NCBI RefSeq assembly: GCF_001194135.2
Contig: NC_068998.1
Span: forward strand, 40,156,088 to 40,220,087
Source: Octopus bimaculoides
Taxonomy: Eukaryota
DNA length: 64,000 bases
Reading direction: 5' to 3'
Shown here: positions 12,088 through 23,340 of the stretch, in pieces
Position numbering within the stretch: position 1 is the first letter of the stretch
Layout: each line of letters begins with the position of its first letter
Made by a program: the position numbers and the translations under genes
Notes under the pieces: model-generated
The model's input: only the letters and a program-made list of their open reading frames with translations
Told to the model about the DNA's origin: nothing
Database searches by the model: none

Positions 12088-12440
12088 TAGTTGTTGTTTA
12101 ACCTCGAGTCAAACCTGATCAAATAGATCAGTGGTTAATGGAATTCCAACCACAGCATTTCCATCTCTTTCTGAAGCACATAATACCCAGTACCAAATTA
12201 TTTAATGCATGTTTTCTAAGATAGAAAACTGTAATTTGGAAGTCATTTGGTTGTTAATTCTAGCTGGTCAAGCAACCACATAGATGATCCCTCATTGGTT
12301 AGAATGACCACATAGAAGCACCCTCATTGGCTTCAAGGACTACATAGAGGTATCTCCACTGGTTAAAATGACTACCTGGTGACTCCCCGCATGAGTCAGT
12401 AATCACATACAAGCTCTCTTACTGGGTTAAGAATTACCAC
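12088..12440 (-). mobile_element. Family G copy running into a ~32-bp minisatellite (5 units)
   Basis: G body followed by ACCACATAGA..CCCTCATTGGTTAGAATG-like units at 12275, 12307, 12339, 12371 and 12402. Confidence 0.7.
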
Positions 12441-12922
12441 AGTTGTTTTCAATGGTAGAGTAAATTGAAGCCAGAGCTCCTGTATTATTAAATTGACCAA
12501 ATATCACAGTTCACAGTTGCTAGCAAAGTACTTCACACCAAATTCAGCAGTAATTTCCAAAACGGACAGATAGAAATTGCGAACCAAAATAGACAATGCC
12601 AAAATGGAATATCCAAAATATAGATTTCCAGTACAATGAATTCTTTTTACTATCACACTATATTTAGTTAGTCTTCCTCTACTATGCTCTTCTCTATTAC
12701 ATGTGTATATATATATATATCATACACACTACATATGCATACACACACATACATTTACAAATATACACATACAAATACACACACATACACACAGAGGCAC
12801 ACATATATATATAACATAGGATTACTATACTGTTCCAATACTTGAAGTACTCCCCTTAGGCAGTACAATTTTCTGAGATTCTATTGTATGAAATGTCTTT
12901 TGTACTTCAGTGACTTTTGCAG

Positions 12923-12990
12923 GTGTACAAAAAACAAAAAATCGATATATATTTTTGGTTATTACCTTACATTATCATTACTGTAGGATG
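12923..12990 (+). CDS. Candidate exon (68 bp)
   Basis: GACTTTTGCAG acceptor and ATG|GTGAGA donor. Two frames are open (VYKKQKIDIYFWLLPYIIITVG or VQKTKNRYIFLVITLHYHYCRM). Confidence 0.35.
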
Positions 12991-13110
12991 GTGAGATTTT
13001 GTTGGCGTTAATGAAATAACCATTGTCTTTCTTACTTGACATACAAATTTTTTCAAGAAGACCCTGTTTTTCTCTACCTTAGCAGAAGCTGAATAAGACA
13101 CCCATACACA

Positions 13111-13154
<44 letters not shown>

Positions 13155-13599
13155 TATATTTCATATAAATACATTTCTTACTCTTATAATTGTTTGTCTG
13201 TCATTCCTCTTTCTCACACACACACACACACATCACTTAATGTCCATTTTTCTCACTGACATGGATAGGACTATATGTGTGTGTGTGTGTGCGTGTGTGT
13301 GTGTGTGTGTATATGTATCATCATCATTATCTAATGTCTGTTTTGCATACTGGTGTGAGTTGGATGGTTTGACAAGGTCTAGTAAGACCAGGGGCCAAAC
13401 TAGGCTCCATTGTCTGTCCTGGTAGTTTCTACAGCTGGAGTGTACTGGATGCTTTTTATGTGGTGCCAGCACCAGTGCTTTTAACATGGCACCAGTACCA
13501 CTGTTTTTTATGTGGCACCGGCACCAGTAATATATAGATGTTTACAATACAGGAGCTGCTTTTAATTCGTAATTTAATCTTCTGTCACATCTGCTATGC

Positions 13600-14123
13600 T
13601 GCTGTTGTTGTTGGCACTCCGTCGCTTACGACGTCGGGGGTTCCAGTCGATCCGATCAACGGAACAGCCTGCTCGTGAAATTAATGTGCAAGTGGCTGAG
13701 CACTCTACAGACATGTGTACCCTTAACATAGTTCTTGCGGATATTCAGTGTGACACAGAGTGACAAGGTTGGCCCTTTGAAATACAGGTACAACAGAAAC
13801 AGGAAGTAAGAGTGAGAGAAAGTTGTGGTGGAAGAGTACAGCAGGGTTCGCCACCATCCCCTGCCGGAGCCTCGTGNNNNNNNNNNNNNNNNNNNNNNNN
13901 NNNNNNNNNNNNNNNNNNNNNNNNNNNNNNNNNNNNNNNNNNNNNNNNNNNNNNNNNNNNNNNNNNNNNNNNNNNNNNNNNNNNNNNNNNNNNNNNNNNN
14001 NNNNNNGTGAAGCTTTAGGTGTTTTCGCTCAATAAACACTCACAACGCCCGGTCTGGGAATCGAAACCGCGATCCTATGACCACGAGTCCGCTGTCCTAA
14101 CCACTGGGCCATTGCGCCTCCAC
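13600..14123 (-). mobile_element. Young tRNA-derived SINE (family E), gap inside
   Basis: Minus-strand head GGAGGCGCAATGGCCCAGTGG (A box) ... GGTTTCGATTCC (B box). CpG-rich. 3' end GTCGTAAGCGACGGAGTGCC(AAC)n. Confidence 0.85.
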
Positions 14124-14431
14124 CTATGCCGTATCACATCAACAAACAGACTTCACTCTATTTGCCTATAAGTAATAGACCAGCAATTTTCTTCATTTTT
14201 AGATGATCGAGGTAAATGGTATTGATAAGCCAAAATAATGGTGAGATCTCGATATCTACCACTCACAGTGATTCTGAGGCAAGTGGTCTCACTCGGTTTG
14301 TGACACTCTGCATCATCTGGGGAGCTTTCCATCGACTCTATCCTGCAGTAAATTTGGTGTACAAACAAAGCATACATACTATGTATGTCCGACAGATAAA
14401 GTTACATTACTAGAGCTGCTTTTGTAATTTA

Positions 14432-14625
14432 GCAAACTAGCTGAATCGTTAGCATGTTAGGCAAAATGCTTAGCGGCATTTTGTCTGTCTTTATGTTCTG
14501 AGGTCAAATTCTACCAAAGCCAACTTCATCATTCATCATTTCGGAATCAATAAGTAGCAATTGTGGATTGGGGTCAATATAATCACCTTACCCGCTTGCT
14601 CAAACTTGCTGGCCTTGTACAAAAT
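14432..14625 (+). mobile_element. SINE A copy
   Basis: GCTGAATCGTTAGCATG..AAATGCTTAGCGGCATTT...GGCCTTGTACAAAATTTGAAACC. Confidence 0.75.
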
Positions 14626-14728
14626 TTGAAACCGACACACACACACACACATTCTTTTATTCTTTTATTTTATTTGTTTCAGTCATATGACTGCAGCCAT
14701 GCTGGAGCACATGTCTGTTATTCAATGC

Positions 14729-15365
14729 TTGCTGCTATTATAGAGCAAAGATGTCACAGATTATTTATCATTGTTGTTCTCATTGTCATTGTAGTTATCA
14801 TCATCATCATCATCATCATCATCATCTATATATATTTTTCCTTCTCTTACCTAACTCACTCAGTCTTAAATATTTCTGTGCTTCTAAGCAGGACAAAATT
14901 TAATTTTAAATACAAGCCATTTAATTATACCCACACATGAACACTCACTCAGCAATGACTGCAGCATTCATTGGTTGATGCTATTATAGGACAATTTTAA
15001 TAATTGCACGTTCCTATAGCAAGACAATTTAATTCTAAATATAAATTCTATAAAATTGTTATTATCAATATTGCACACGTGGGGTACTAAGAATGCCATG
15101 TTTCTAGATACTGGCCATTTCTCATTGAAATGAACCAAACTATGAGAGACAGACATCTACTGACCTGCTGGAAGCTATTATAGAACTAAGATGTCAGACA
15201 TTTATTTATTATTATAATTATTATCTATGTATTGTTCCTTCGATCAACTAATTTCCTCTATCTTAAATAATTCTATGTTTCTTGGTAGGATGAAATTCAA
15301 TTTTAAATACAAGCTATTTAATTATATTCAAACATGACACAGCAACAACTACAGCACTTATTTGT
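14729..15365. repeat. Degenerate local tandem duplication (two full copies and one partial)
   Basis: GCTATTATAG..AAGATGTCA at ~14733 and ~15173. AATTTTAAATACAAGC(C/T)ATTTAATTATA at ~14900 and ~15298. Confidence 0.65.
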
Positions 15366-16247
15366 TGGCGCATTGGTGCACCTGCCCCACTTCATCCATC
15401 GATCTTCACAACTTAAACTGAATTGCCATTAGCCTAAGCTTATTCCTTCTTCCTTTACATGTATAGAAATATATATGTATGTATATATGTACACACACAC
15501 ATGTATATAAATTATTTGNNNNNNNNNNNNNNNNNNNNNNNNNNNNNNNNNNNNNNNNNNNNNNNNNNNNNNNNNNNNNNNNNNNNNNNNNNNNNNNNNN
15601 NNNNNNNNNNNNNNNNNNNNNNNNNNNNNNNNNNNNNNNNNNNNNNNNNNNNNNNNNNNNNNNNNNNNNNNNNNNNNNNNNNNNNNNNNNNNNNNNNNNN
15701 NNNNNNNNNNNNNNNNNNNNNNNNNNNNNNNNNNNNNNNNNNNNNNNNNNNNNNNNNNNNNNNNNNNNNNNNNNNNNNNNNNNNNNNNNNNNNNNNNNNN
15801 NNNNNNNNNNNNNNNNNNNNNNNNNNNNNNNNNNNNNNNNNNNNNNNNNNNNNNNNNNNNNNNNNNNNNNNNNNNNNNNNNNNNNNNNNNNNNNNNNNNN
15901 NNNNNNNNNNNNNNNNNNNNNNNNNNNNNNNNNNNNNNNNNNNNNNNNNNNNNNNNNNNNNNNNNNNNNNNNNNNNNNNNNNNNNNNNNNNNNNNNNNNN
16001 NNNNNNNNNNNNNNNNNNNNNNNNNNNNNNNNNNNNNNNNNNNNNNNNNNNNNNNNNNNNNNNNNNNNNNNNNNNNNNNNNNNNNNNNNNNNNNNNNNNN
16101 NNNNNNNNNNNNNNNNNNNNNNNNNNNNNNNNNNNNNNNNNNNNNNNNNNNNNNNNNNNNNNNNNNNNNNNNNNNNNNNNNNNNNNNNNNNNNNNNNNNN
16201 NNNNNNNNNNNNNNNNNNNNNNNNNNNNATATATATATATATACACA

Positions 16248-16556
16248 CATTTGCATATATGGGTACAGGACGTCACCAACAGTAAACAACATGAAATACG
16301 AAAACAAATGAGTTCAATACGCAAACAACGAAAGAAACAAATGGAAAACAGGACAAGTAACACAAAGAACGACCCTTCATCAGTTGTCAGCTGTCTATCT
16401 GCTCCTCACTTCGGGTATAGACAGCTGACAACTGATGAATGGTCGTACTTTGTGTTACTTGTCTTGTTTTCCATTTGTTTCTCTTGTTTGAACTCATTTG
16501 TTTTGTATTTCATGCTGTTTACTGTTGGTGCCATCCTGTACCCATATATGCAAATG
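16248..16556. repeat. Near-perfect foldback (arms ~140-150 bp, 18-nt loop)
   Basis: CATTTGCATATATGGGTACAGGA...CTTCATCAGTTGTCAGCTGTCTAT, a loop at 16399-16416, then its reverse complement. Confidence 0.9.
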
Positions 16557-16593
16557 CATATATGTATATATGTGTATGTATTTGTATATATAT

Positions 16594-16626
<33 letters not shown>

Positions 16627-16826
16627 TTCATCGTTTAACGTCAGCTTTCCATGCTAGCATGGGTTGGACGATTTGACTGAGGCCTGGTGAACCAGATGGC
16701 TACACAAGGCTCCAATCTGATTTGGCAGAGTTTCTACAGCTGGATGCCATTCCTAATGCCAACCACTCCAAGAGTGTAGTGGGTGCTTTTACGTGCCACC
16801 GGCACGAAGGCCAGTCAGGCGGTGTA
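16594..16826 (-). mobile_element. Family D copy
   Basis: (CAT)n CGTTTAACGTCAGCTTTCCATGCTAGCATGGGTTGGACG... Confidence 0.85.
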
Positions 16827-17011
16827 NNNNNNNNNNTCGAGCTACGCTCTTCAACAGAAAGAATACGGAGACAAGGAGAAAAACACGGAGAAAAAAAATT
16901 GAATAGTGTCCAGTCAACGGTCAATCATAATAATGGCTGATCATAACAATGGCTGACCGGAAGTTAGAAATTCTTTTTTTCAGGAGAGCTAAGAAAAGGG
17001 GGAGATAACAA

Positions 17012-17050
<39 letters not shown>

Positions 17051-17325
17051 TACAGTTTTATGTCTATATGTATTTATTTATTTATTTGTTGTATGTATGT
17101 ATTTTTATATATTTGTATATATATTTTTGTATGTATGTATATATCTATATGTTTATATATATATATATTTGCACATACACACACACACATAGGAACTTTT
17201 CTATGCATGTGTAGTTTAGATGAATTTCATTGAGTGGGATTTTTCTATAGTCAAATGGCCTTCCTGTCACCAACACTTAAATATTTACCTATAGCCAGGT
17301 ATTTTTTTTTAGGGGGTTGTAAACA

Positions 17326-17468
17326 ATAGGTGCAGGTGTAGCTGTCTGGTAAGTAGCTAGCTTCCCAATCACCTGGTTCCAGGTTCAGTCTCACTGTGTG
17401 GCATCTTGGGCGAGTGTCTTCTACTATTAGCCTTGTGAGTAGATTTGGGAGACAAAAACTGAAAGAAG
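17326..17468 (+). mobile_element. SINE B head copy
   Basis: GGTGCAGGTGTAGCTGTCTGGTAAG...GGTTCAGTCTC...CTTGGGCGAGTGTCTT...AACTGAAAGAAG. Confidence 0.75.
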
Positions 17469-17479
17469 ACAATCATATA

Positions 17480-17620
17480 TACTGTAAAACCCATGTAATT
17501 TACGCACTTTTTTTCACAAAAATAATAATAAACTTTAGGGGCATGTAAATTACATGAGTAGATTGTTTCCAGAATATTTTTAGAAATTTTTCATGTTGAA
17601 AAAAAGATGTACAAAACAAA
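17480..17620 (+). mobile_element. Possible left end of a Tc2/pogo-type DNA transposon
   Basis: TA|CTGTAAAACCC start with the subterminal inverted motif CATGTAATTTAC / GTAAATTACATG. The right end was not located. Confidence 0.4.
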
Positions 17621-18104
17621 AAACATTCATACCGGAAGTTGACTTTAAATATAATGAAATTGACTTTTATTTATGCTGGACGGTATAATGCTTACTTTTT
17701 CTGTATAAATTTACTAAAGCCATTAAATAGTTAACTACTTTTTGAAGTCTGACGTATCAAAGTTTCTGACAAGAATTGGTGGAAAATCAGAGCTTGAGAC
17801 AAGAAGATGTTTTCAACCGATCAGAATTCTGTTTACACAATAAGTTTGATTATCAGCTTTGTTTTTGTTGATAATGCTTATCAACAACCTTTCCTGTGAT
17901 TGTGATTTGAGAAGACATACAGCAGTATGCTAAAGATCAGACATAATCTCTTGTAGACAAGAAATGTAAAATAAAGTTTATTATAAACAACATGAACACT
18001 TTGTAATTTAATAGCTTCTAATGTGACACCTGTTAAACAGAAATTGTTTTCATTTAAGGAAAATTTAATAAAATCTAATCACAACTAAGTGAAATTATGC
18101 TAAA

Positions 18105-18682
18105 TACAGCAATCCACCTCTTGGCCAAGCCTGTAGTGATGATTGCCCCGCAGCCCTCCTTCAATCAGGCAGGCAAAGCAGTTTTCCTTTGCCTGGTGGC
18201 TGTGGCAAAAGTGGTTGTTTGATGGACAAAGCTGAAAAGCATGAGGACAGATACATTCCTCTTTGGTAAAGCTCTCATTGACTTCTTCAAGTTTCACTTA
18301 AAAAGGAAATTGGGAGTTGAGAGGGAAAGGTGGGTGAAAGTTGTGAAAATGGTAAGAGTGGATGGTACCTCTCTCAGTGTAGACCCGTAAGTTGGAGAGG
18401 GCACTTGCTCTTGGTGTTGAGGAAAATCTCAGACAGTGGGGTTCAATTATCCCTATAAGTCCTCCTGTATCAGGAGGACTACATCTCTATCATCTGCACC
18501 CACTTTTTTTTTTAAACCTTTGTACAATATGTATATGTCCCTTCTTTTTCAGTGTATACCATGTATATTTACCCTTCTTTGTTTTTGTTAATCATTTCAT
18601 TACATGTCAAACCCCCCACACACTTTATACCTGTCTATGTATTGTCCCCCTCATCCTTTGCCTTTGTGACAAATAAATGAAA

Positions 18683-18684
<2 letters not shown>
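18105..18684 (+). mobile_element. 3' end of a decayed Tx1/L1-clade LINE (ORF2 C-terminus and 3'UTR)
   Basis: The frame FNQAGKAVFLCLVAVAKVVV*WTKLKSMRTDTFLFGKALIDFFKFHLKRKLGVERERW resembles the Tx1/L1 ORF2 C-terminus. It is followed by a pyrimidine-rich UTR ending AATAAA before (ATT)n. Confidence 0.55.
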
Positions 18685-18730
<46 letters not shown>

Positions 18731-18731
<1 letters not shown>

Positions 18732-19551
18732 GTTTGGCTTTTGCTTTGTATTTGTACACATTGACTCCAAGTCACACCCACAAACCTGACAACAAGTGAG
18801 AAGTTCAAGTTGGTATTATGACTAGGGTGCCATATTTTTGGCTTTGTACAGAGTGTTGTTTTAGAGAATGTCTGTCAAAACATAAGAAAATTAAGTTTGT
18901 TTTAAAAGTAATTTGATGATAAGATGATAGTTTGATCTTAAGATGACAGTAGAAGGTGTTTGCTATTATGTACATTCAAATGTACTTCGATTAAATTGTT
19001 TTTAGAACCACATAGACAATATTTTTTGTAGGATATGAACAGTTCCCATGAGCACTATGTTTTGAATTTCATCCCTTTTTGGATTTCCTGGTATCTGAGA
19101 AAGGTAACAATCAGCCCTTTTTGCTATCATCCCTAGGGTACCTGTGACAACAAGTATTGTTCTAGTCTTGAGATTCCACTTTTTGCCAGTTTCTGTTTCA
19201 AGATCTTTATATTTGCTCAGTTTTTAGTAGGTCTTGACAGATACATTTATATTGATTGGGACAGTCATATCGATGAGGAGGCATGATTTTTATCTGAAAT
19301 CCTTCAATATAATGTCTGGCTTATTTGTATCTGTCTTTCTGACAGTTTGAACAGTAAAGTTCCAAAGGAGTGAGATGAGATCATTTTTCAAGTACTGGAG
19401 GTGGTTTGAGTTCCTACCAGTTTTTAACATGGGGCAGGTCCAGGTCTTTACAAATTACCCAGTTAATATAATGTGCCACTCTATCATGCCTGTTGAGATC
19501 TTCTGTAGGCACAAGAAGGTTGCACATGGAGATATGATTGATGGTTTCAAC
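18731..19551 (-). mobile_element. 5'-truncated R4/Dong-clade non-LTR retrotransposon (restriction-like endonuclease domain and 3'UTR)
   Basis: The minus strand translates, with stops and one frameshift, as ETINHI..CNLL..RHDRVAHYINWVIC..LLWNF..NKPDII..CLLIDMTVP..KLSKYKDLE..W..GTLG. (TAA)n lies on both sides. Confidence 0.85.
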
Positions 19552-19591
<40 letters not shown>

Positions 19592-19598
19592 CACTATT

Positions 19599-19740
19599 CT
19601 GAGATCGACTTTGCCCTTCATCCATTCAGGGTATATATAAATTAAGTACCAGTAATTCACAGGGGTCAGTGTCATTGACTAGTCCCCCTCCCCCAAAATT
19701 TCAGGCCTTGTGCCTTTAGTAGAAAGGATTATTATTATTA
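19599..19740 (+). mobile_element. SINE A, 3' part, ending GTAGAAAGGATTATT
   Basis: Matches 58312-58528. Confidence 0.75.
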
Positions 19741-19799
19741 TTCAGCAAATGTTACAGTGACCCTCTTGACCATCTGCCAGTTAATATTAAATACACACA

Positions 19800-19842
<43 letters not shown>

Positions 19843-20641
19843 CAAAAACAGAACTCAAAAGATAAGTAAATATATGTATATATGAATTATCTATGTGACG
19901 TTGTTATGATTTAAAATTCAATCTAGAACAATCCAAAGGGAAATGTTAATTCTCACCAGCTATATAAACCCACAGCTCTTTGATTTGAAACTAGTTTTGA
20001 TAAATGCCAATGCATAAAACTCTTGGACCTTGAATCACTCTGTTGCTTCCACTAAATATTAACATAAACAAATATGTGTGTGTGTGTTTCTGTATATCAG
20101 CAATTCTATTTCATCACATAAAACTTGTACTTTAAGAACTTTTCATATTATAGTACATGCATGCACACAGACAGTTAGACAGACACATGCACACATTTTC
20201 ATGATGTCAACATCAGGAGAAATTCGTTACAAAAATAACCACAAATAAGAGATTGATAATGGTTGTGGTGATGATGTGGATGACAGTTTAATGGTGGTTG
20301 TGGTGGAACAATGGGTAATATACCTTAAAGCAATCTGGTAAATAAATTTCATATATTAAAATGGAAGTACCAAAAGAATGATGAAAGTTACCATAATGTT
20401 GAGTGAAAGAGGAAGAGGGGGAAATATATTCATTCAATATTACAGTTATTTAAATAGCCGCAAATGTAATTAGGGCTTGTTATAGCTGAAATATTAAATA
20501 AATATATTTACTTCATTATTCAGCATTTTTATTTTTTATTTTTATTAGTTCTCTTTACATATATATGGAAATAAAAGTGCCTGAAGTAGACTTCAAGATG
20601 CTGGAATATATTTTGAATATATACTCTACTTTGCTATATAG

Positions 20642-20812
20642 GGAAATTCTACATTTAAAAACCAAAATTTAACCTGGCTTTGAAGGTATGATCATACTTG
20701 TCATCAATTTTGGATGCAGAATAACTTGTGTCCATCCCTCTTGTTTTTGACTCCTTTACACATCCTGATGAGAATTATAAGAGGGTATAGGCTTTGCCAA
20801 GAGCAAAGGAAG
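20642..20812 (+). CDS. Candidate exon (171 bp with one in-frame TGA, or 127 bp from 20686)
   Basis: CTCTACTTTGCTATATAG acceptor and AAG|GTAAGT donor. Frame: GNSTFKNQNLTWL*RYDHTCHQFWMQNNLCPSLLFLTPLHILMRIIRGYRLCQEQRK. Confidence 0.3.
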
Positions 20813-21881
20813 GTAAGTTTTATCATATAGACAAGTTTGCTATTAAAAGCCCAAATATAGCAAGTTATTAATATAGACCAACAGAAACAGCTTTGAGATT
20901 GGAGTATAACCGTAGACAATAATTTTGGCAATAAAAACACTTGTCCATTCCTGATAATAATCACATGCATGTATAGGTTTGACTAACAAGAAACCAAAGT
21001 AATTATTGTGAGCAAGCAGAATTGTCTTCCCTTACACACACTTCTTGTTTTGACACCACACTTCCTGTTTAACACAAACTCTCAGCCTTTTTTAAACTCA
21101 ACACCATTCTTAATTCCATGCATCCTAATCTATCTAACAATTATCTACATGAATTACCATTGAACTTTAAAAACTCAAAGACAATATAATGTATTGGTAT
21201 ATTTATTTTTTTTATATATTTTTAATATTTTTATTAAAAAAATTATTTTCATTTTCCCTCTTCTTGAAAATTTGCCATGCAATTAAAGCCGGTTAGAAAT
21301 CCTTTTTAATCCTCCTTATACACATCTATATTAAAATATGCTTTCAGTTTAGCATTCTGCCTTATTATTATTATTATTTTTTATTNNNNNNNNNNNNNNN
21401 NNNNNNNNNNNNNNNNNNNNNNNNNNNNNNNNNNNNNNNNNNNNNNNNNNNNNNNNNNNNNNNNNNNNNNNNNNNNNNNNNNNNNNNNNNNNNNNNNNNN
21501 NNNNNNNNNNNNNNNNNNNNNNNNNNNNNNNNNNNNNNNNNNNNNNNNNNNNNNNNNNNNNNNNNNNNNNNNNNNNNNNNNNNNNNNNNNNNNNNNNNNN
21601 NNNNNNNNNNNNNNNNNNNNNNNNNNNNNNNNNNNNNNNNNNNNNNNNNNNNNNNNNNNNNNNNNNNNNNNNNNNNNNNNNNNNNNNNNNNNNNNNNNNN
21701 NNNNNNNNNNNNNNNNNNNNNNNNNNNNNNNNNNNNNNNNNNNNNNNNNNNNNNNNNNNNNNNNNNNNNNNNNNNNNNNNNNNNNNNNNNNNNNNNNNNN
21801 NNNNNNNNNNNNNNNNNNNNNNNNNNNNNNNNNNNNNNNNNNNNNNNNNNNNNNNNNNNNNNNNNNNNNNNNNNNNNNNNN

Positions 21882-22112
21882 AAAGACACCATTTCGAGCG
21901 TGGCCGTTTTCGTGCGGGTGACACGTAAAAGCACCCACTACACTCTCTGAGTGGTTGGCGTTAGGAAGGGCATCCAGCTGTAGAAACTCTGCCAAATCAG
22001 ACTGGAGCCTGGTGTTGCCATCCGGTTTCACCAGTCCTCAGTCAAATCGTCCAACCCATGCTAGCATGGAAAGCGGACGTTAAACGATGATGATGATGAT
22101 GATGATGATGAT
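21882..22112 (+). mobile_element. Family D copy (young, abutting a gap)
   Basis: ...CCAACCCATGCTAGCATGGAAAGCGGACGTTAAAC(GAT)n. Identical to 30437-30663 in reverse complement. Confidence 0.9.
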
Positions 22113-22231
22113 ATATCCACTCACAAGTCTTTGGTTAGCCTGTGGCTATAGTAGAAGGCTATTGACCAAAGTACCATGCTGTGGGACTGAACCCAAAGCA
22201 TGCTTCTCAACCACGCAACTATGCTTGTGAC

Positions 22232-22267
<36 letters not shown>

Positions 22268-22459
22268 CGTATATCTATGTGCACATTTGTGTGTTTATGG
22301 GTGTAATTACTTGTATATATACTTCCAGACACTTTCCTGCCCTCTTCCTTCTTCTCCCTCTCACACTGACAAACTGAGACTTAGAGATAACTGTATAGTG
22401 ACAATAAATTCAGAGCAACTTCAGTTTATTATTTCAACTTTCTATTGCTAGCAAATTTC

Positions 22460-22850
22460 CGTCAATTATTGATTAATATCTTCGTCATCATCATGTTCAT
22501 CATCATCATCATTTTCATCTTCATCACCACAGTGACCATTATCATCATTATTATCATCATCATCATCAGCAGCAGCAGCACCATCAAAGTCCACCATCAC
22601 CAGTGTCATCACTACCACTACCATCATCAACATAACCATCACTATCAACAGCCATCCTCGTCATCATTGTCATCAAATTGCATTGCCACCATCATCACCA
22701 TCACCACCACCACCATCATCATTACCATTACCATCATCACCACTATCATCATGACTACCATCATTATCATCTTCACCACCACAACCAACACTATTATACC
22801 ATCATCATCATTAGCATTATCATCATCATAACACCCACAACCATCACCAC
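22460..22850. repeat. Degenerate (CAT/CAC)n low-complexity block
   Basis: Trinucleotide mosaic. Similar blocks lie at 26060-26515 and 34330-34510. Confidence 0.85.
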
Positions 22851-23292
22851 CATCCTTATTATTCTGTTTGGTATGCATCATCTCTTTATTTGTCTCTATG
22901 AAAAACACCTCCATTAGTATGACTTGTTTAGTCCCCATCCTAACCCTACCAACCAAAGTATATATACTTACCATAATAGAATTGTTGTCCCTCTTTGATT
23001 ATATAATGTTTTGTTTCTTCTCTATTATTGTAGCAGTGGACGGGACTTTAACTATGGTTGTGGTGGTGGTGCTGACAGTGGTAGCAGTGATGCCGCCGGC
23101 AGAGGTGTAATTTTGTATTTTGTTAATGTTATTTGTTGAAGGATATAATAATATAATAATAACGAATCGCTAATCAAAGCAATTTATACAGTGAAGACTC
23201 TTTGAATGTTTGATATACGTACCTGTGTGTGTGTGTGTGTACTATTATGTACACACAAAAATACACACATATAAATGTGTGTATATATAAAT

Positions 23293-23340
<48 letters not shown>

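Noticed and set aside
14040-14123. tRNA gene (also 43169-43245 and 51024-51100)
   Set aside because: A/B boxes are present but there is no complete cloverleaf, and each continues into a SINE body.
16432-16470. CTGATGA in the hairpin arms as a hammerhead core
   Set aside because: No stem II-GAAA-stem III follows on either arm.
18731-19740. SINE A as the non-autonomous partner of the R4/Dong element
   Set aside because: Both end in TAA/ATT repeats, but I see no shared 3' sequence.
20681-20683. In-frame TGA as selenocysteine
   Set aside because: The context (WL*RY) matches no selenoprotein family I know, and no SECIS was seen.
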